Source: an uncultured delta proteobacterium
Lineage (GTDB): Bacteria; Desulfobacterota; Desulfuromonadia; Geobacterales; Pseudopelobacteraceae
Reading direction: 5' to 3'
NCBI GenBank assembly: GCA_963772835.1
Contig: CAVYYZ010000011.1
Coordinates: forward strand, 64,001 to 128,000
DNA: 64,000 nt
The stretch's first letter is position 1. Each line of letters begins with the position of its first letter. Of this stretch, positions 62,054-64,000 are shown one piece after another. A program made the position numbers and the translations under genes. Below the pieces are notes generated by a model. That model did no database searches. It had not been told where the DNA came from and saw only the letters and a program-made list of their open reading frames with translations.

Positions 62054-63180
62054 TGAAAATAGGCATTGACGCAACAGTCGTTTTTTCTGATCGACCCAGC
62101 GGTCTTGGCGTGTACACCGTCAATATGGTCAATGAGCTTTACCGATTGCATAAGGACATGGTTGTCTGGACAATCGCGGATGCCGGATTTGATCTTCCGC
62201 CATCGTGTGTGCGCCGTGTCCTGAAACCGCTCCGGTTTATGGGCAACAGGATCTATCCAATACGGCCTCTCTGGCTTGAATTATTCCTGCGCGCCGAACT
62301 GAAAAAGGAAAAGGCAGATGTTCTTTGGAGCACGGTTCCAAGCGCCCTGTCTCATTCCCCGGTCCCGCACCTGATTACAGTCCATGATCTGATACCGGTC
62401 CGATTTCCCGGGGATGTCCCTTCATGGGTACGTTGGAACTTTACCAAAAGGATACTGCCAACCATCAGCGGCGCTTCGGGGATTATTGCCGATTCAGTCG
62501 CTACACGGGAGGATCTTGTCCGGACGGGTGTCCGGCTTCCGTCGGTAGAGGTCGTCTATCCGGCCTTTGATGCCGGCCATTTTTGTCGGGTTGATCCGCA
62601 CGATGTCATAACGAAATACCGCCTTGAATCTGCCCCCTATCTGCTGTACGTAGGAAACGCCTCGCCGAGAAAAAATCTGGGTGGCGTTTTACGTGCATTC
62701 GGAAAAATCTCAGCCGATCTGCCGCATTCCCTTGTTCTTGCCGGTGCAAAATCGACGGAAGAACTCGAACAACTGGAGAGGATCATTCGCCAACTTGAGC
62801 TTCAGGATAGGGTAATTATGCTCAACTACGTGCCATTTAAGGATCTGCCTGAATTGTACAGCGGTGCTGCCTGTGTGGTGTATCTATCACGCTACGAGGG
62901 GTTCGGACTGCCCGTGCTGGAGGCAATGGCCTGCGGGGTTCCGGTTGTCGCATCCAGTACGACATCCATCCCCGAAGTTTCGGGTGATGCAGCATTGCTG
63001 GTTGATCCTGATGATGCGGACGCTGCTGCGGCGGCCATCCGTTCCGTGCTTACGGATGATGCACTTCGTCAGAGAATGATTGAGGCGGGGCTCAGACAAT
63101 CAAGTATGTTCTCATGGTCCTCTTCAGCACGTCAGGTTCTGCAAACTCTCCATACACTTTCGGAGGCGCACCATGCCTGA
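62053..63180 (+). CDS. Glycosyltransferase family 4 (GT-B)
   Basis: [24 protein letters not shown]. Confidence 0.9.
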   Translation: MKIGIDATVVFSDRPSGLGVYTVNMVNELYRLHKDMVVWTIADAGFDLPPSCVRRVLKPLRFMGNRIYPIRPLWLELFLRAELKKEKADVLWSTVPSALSHSPVPHLITVHDLIPVRFPGDVPSWVRWNFTKRILPTISGASGIIADSVATREDLVRTGVRLPSVEVVYPAFDAGHFCRVDPHDVITKYRLESAPYLLYVGNASPRKNLGGVLRAFGKISADLPHSLVLAGAKSTEELEQLERIIRQLELQDRVIMLNYVPFKDLPELYSGAACVVYLSRYEGFGLPVLEAMACGVPVVASSTTSIPEVSGDAALLVDPDDADAAAAAIRSVLTDDALRQRMIEAGLRQSSMFSWSSSARQVLQTLHTLSEAHHA

Positions 63181-64000
63181 AACGGTTTCCCGTTGCGGGG
63201 TGTGTGGCGACGAAACACATGAGGTCATTGACAAAGAAGGTGCACTTTGTCGTTGCCGGTGCGGTTTTATCTTTCACAATCCCCGTCCGTCGAATGATGA
63301 AATCGCCACCTTTTATGAAAGAGGTGACCAGTATGACGGCTGGCTGGCACATGAAAGCGAACGTGAGGAACTTTGGCTCCGTCGCTGGAGAAAAATGGCG
63401 CGGTACGTTGGTAGTGGTCCATTACTGGACGGAGGGACAGGCACAGGTCAATTTCTGTATGTAATACGTCAAAAAGTGTCGTCGGTTTATGGTACTGAAC
63501 TTTCCGGTCGGGCTCGGAATATTGCCAGGACTCATTACGGGATTGATATTGTCGAAGCTGATGGTGTAGGGGCTGAATGGGGTACTCTTCGATTTTCCAC
63601 CATTACCCTCTTTCACGTGTTGGAACATGTTCCAGACCCGGGCAAGCTGATTCGGGACTGCCATGAACTCCTGAATCCTGACGGCGTCCTCGTAATTGCA
63701 GTTCCCAACGATAGCAATTGTCTGCTGGCAAAAATCCGCTTTACACTCGACAGGATTCGTCCTATGGAAAAGAGACGCTTCTGTTCGGCAGGGTTCGAGC
63801 GTATTCTTCTTGATGATGTCCAGAGTGAAGTTCATCTGTCACATTTTTCAATTCCTGTCATTCGTCGTCTTTTGGGAGATCGTGGTTTCACGGTGCTTGA
63901 GGAGTCTATCGATCCTTATTTTGTGGCTGGAGGATTCCTGCTCGTCTTCCATCGAATATTTTATGCGGCTTCCTTGATACTTTGGAACATTTTCAAAATT
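63173..64000 (+). CDS. Class I SAM-dependent methyltransferase with N-terminal Cys cluster; runs off window end
   Basis: [41 protein letters not shown]; missing from the ORF track, apparently because it has no stop in the window. Confidence 0.85.
   Translation, partial: MPETVSRCGVCGDETHEVIDKEGALCRCRCGFIFHNPRPSNDEIATFYERGDQYDGWLAHESEREELWLRRWRKMARYVGSGPLLDGGTGTGQFLYVIRQKVSSVYGTELSGRARNIARTHYGIDIVEADGVGAEWGTLRFSTITLFHVLEHVPDPGKLIRDCHELLNPDGVLVIAVPNDSNCLLAKIRFTLDRIRPMEKRRFCSAGFERILLDDVQSEVHLSHFSIPVIRRLLGDRGFTVLEESIDPYFVAGGFLLVFHRIFYAASLILWNIFKI

Overview
A 64-kb chromosomal segment from a Geobacteraceae-like deltaproteobacterium (Desulfuromonadia), inferred from a short e-pilin/xap locus, a triheme c7 cytochrome and a PxxKW protein. 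Most of it is housekeeping: mqnA, trpE/trpG, DAHP synthase, pheA-tyrA-aroA-cmk-ispH-rpsA-ihfB-tRNA-Leu, suhB, hrpB, pgi, eno, c-di-GMP enzymes and an ABC exporter. It also holds a decayed AT-rich islet at tRNA-Leu and the pilR-pilA-N-pilA-C-xap locus. Signals the ORF track does not call: (1) a 28-codon Phe/Tyr/Trp-rich leader peptide with an antiterminator/terminator pair upstream of the DAHP synthase gene, i.e. a probable attenuator sensing all three aromatic amino acids; (2) a family of intergenic hairpins whose arms are built from 8-nt periodic repeats; (3) one subfamily of these forms ~150-bp arrays that bracket the pilA-N/pilA-C/xapABC block in inverted orientation; (4) an AAA/DUF4143 gene between pilR and a duplicate of the pilR 3' end; (5) toxin-antitoxin genes inserted in the xap operon; (6) a tight cluster of frameshifts over pilA-C/xapA, probably consensus errors in a strain-variable segment. 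All family names come from motif recognition; no database search or folding program was run.
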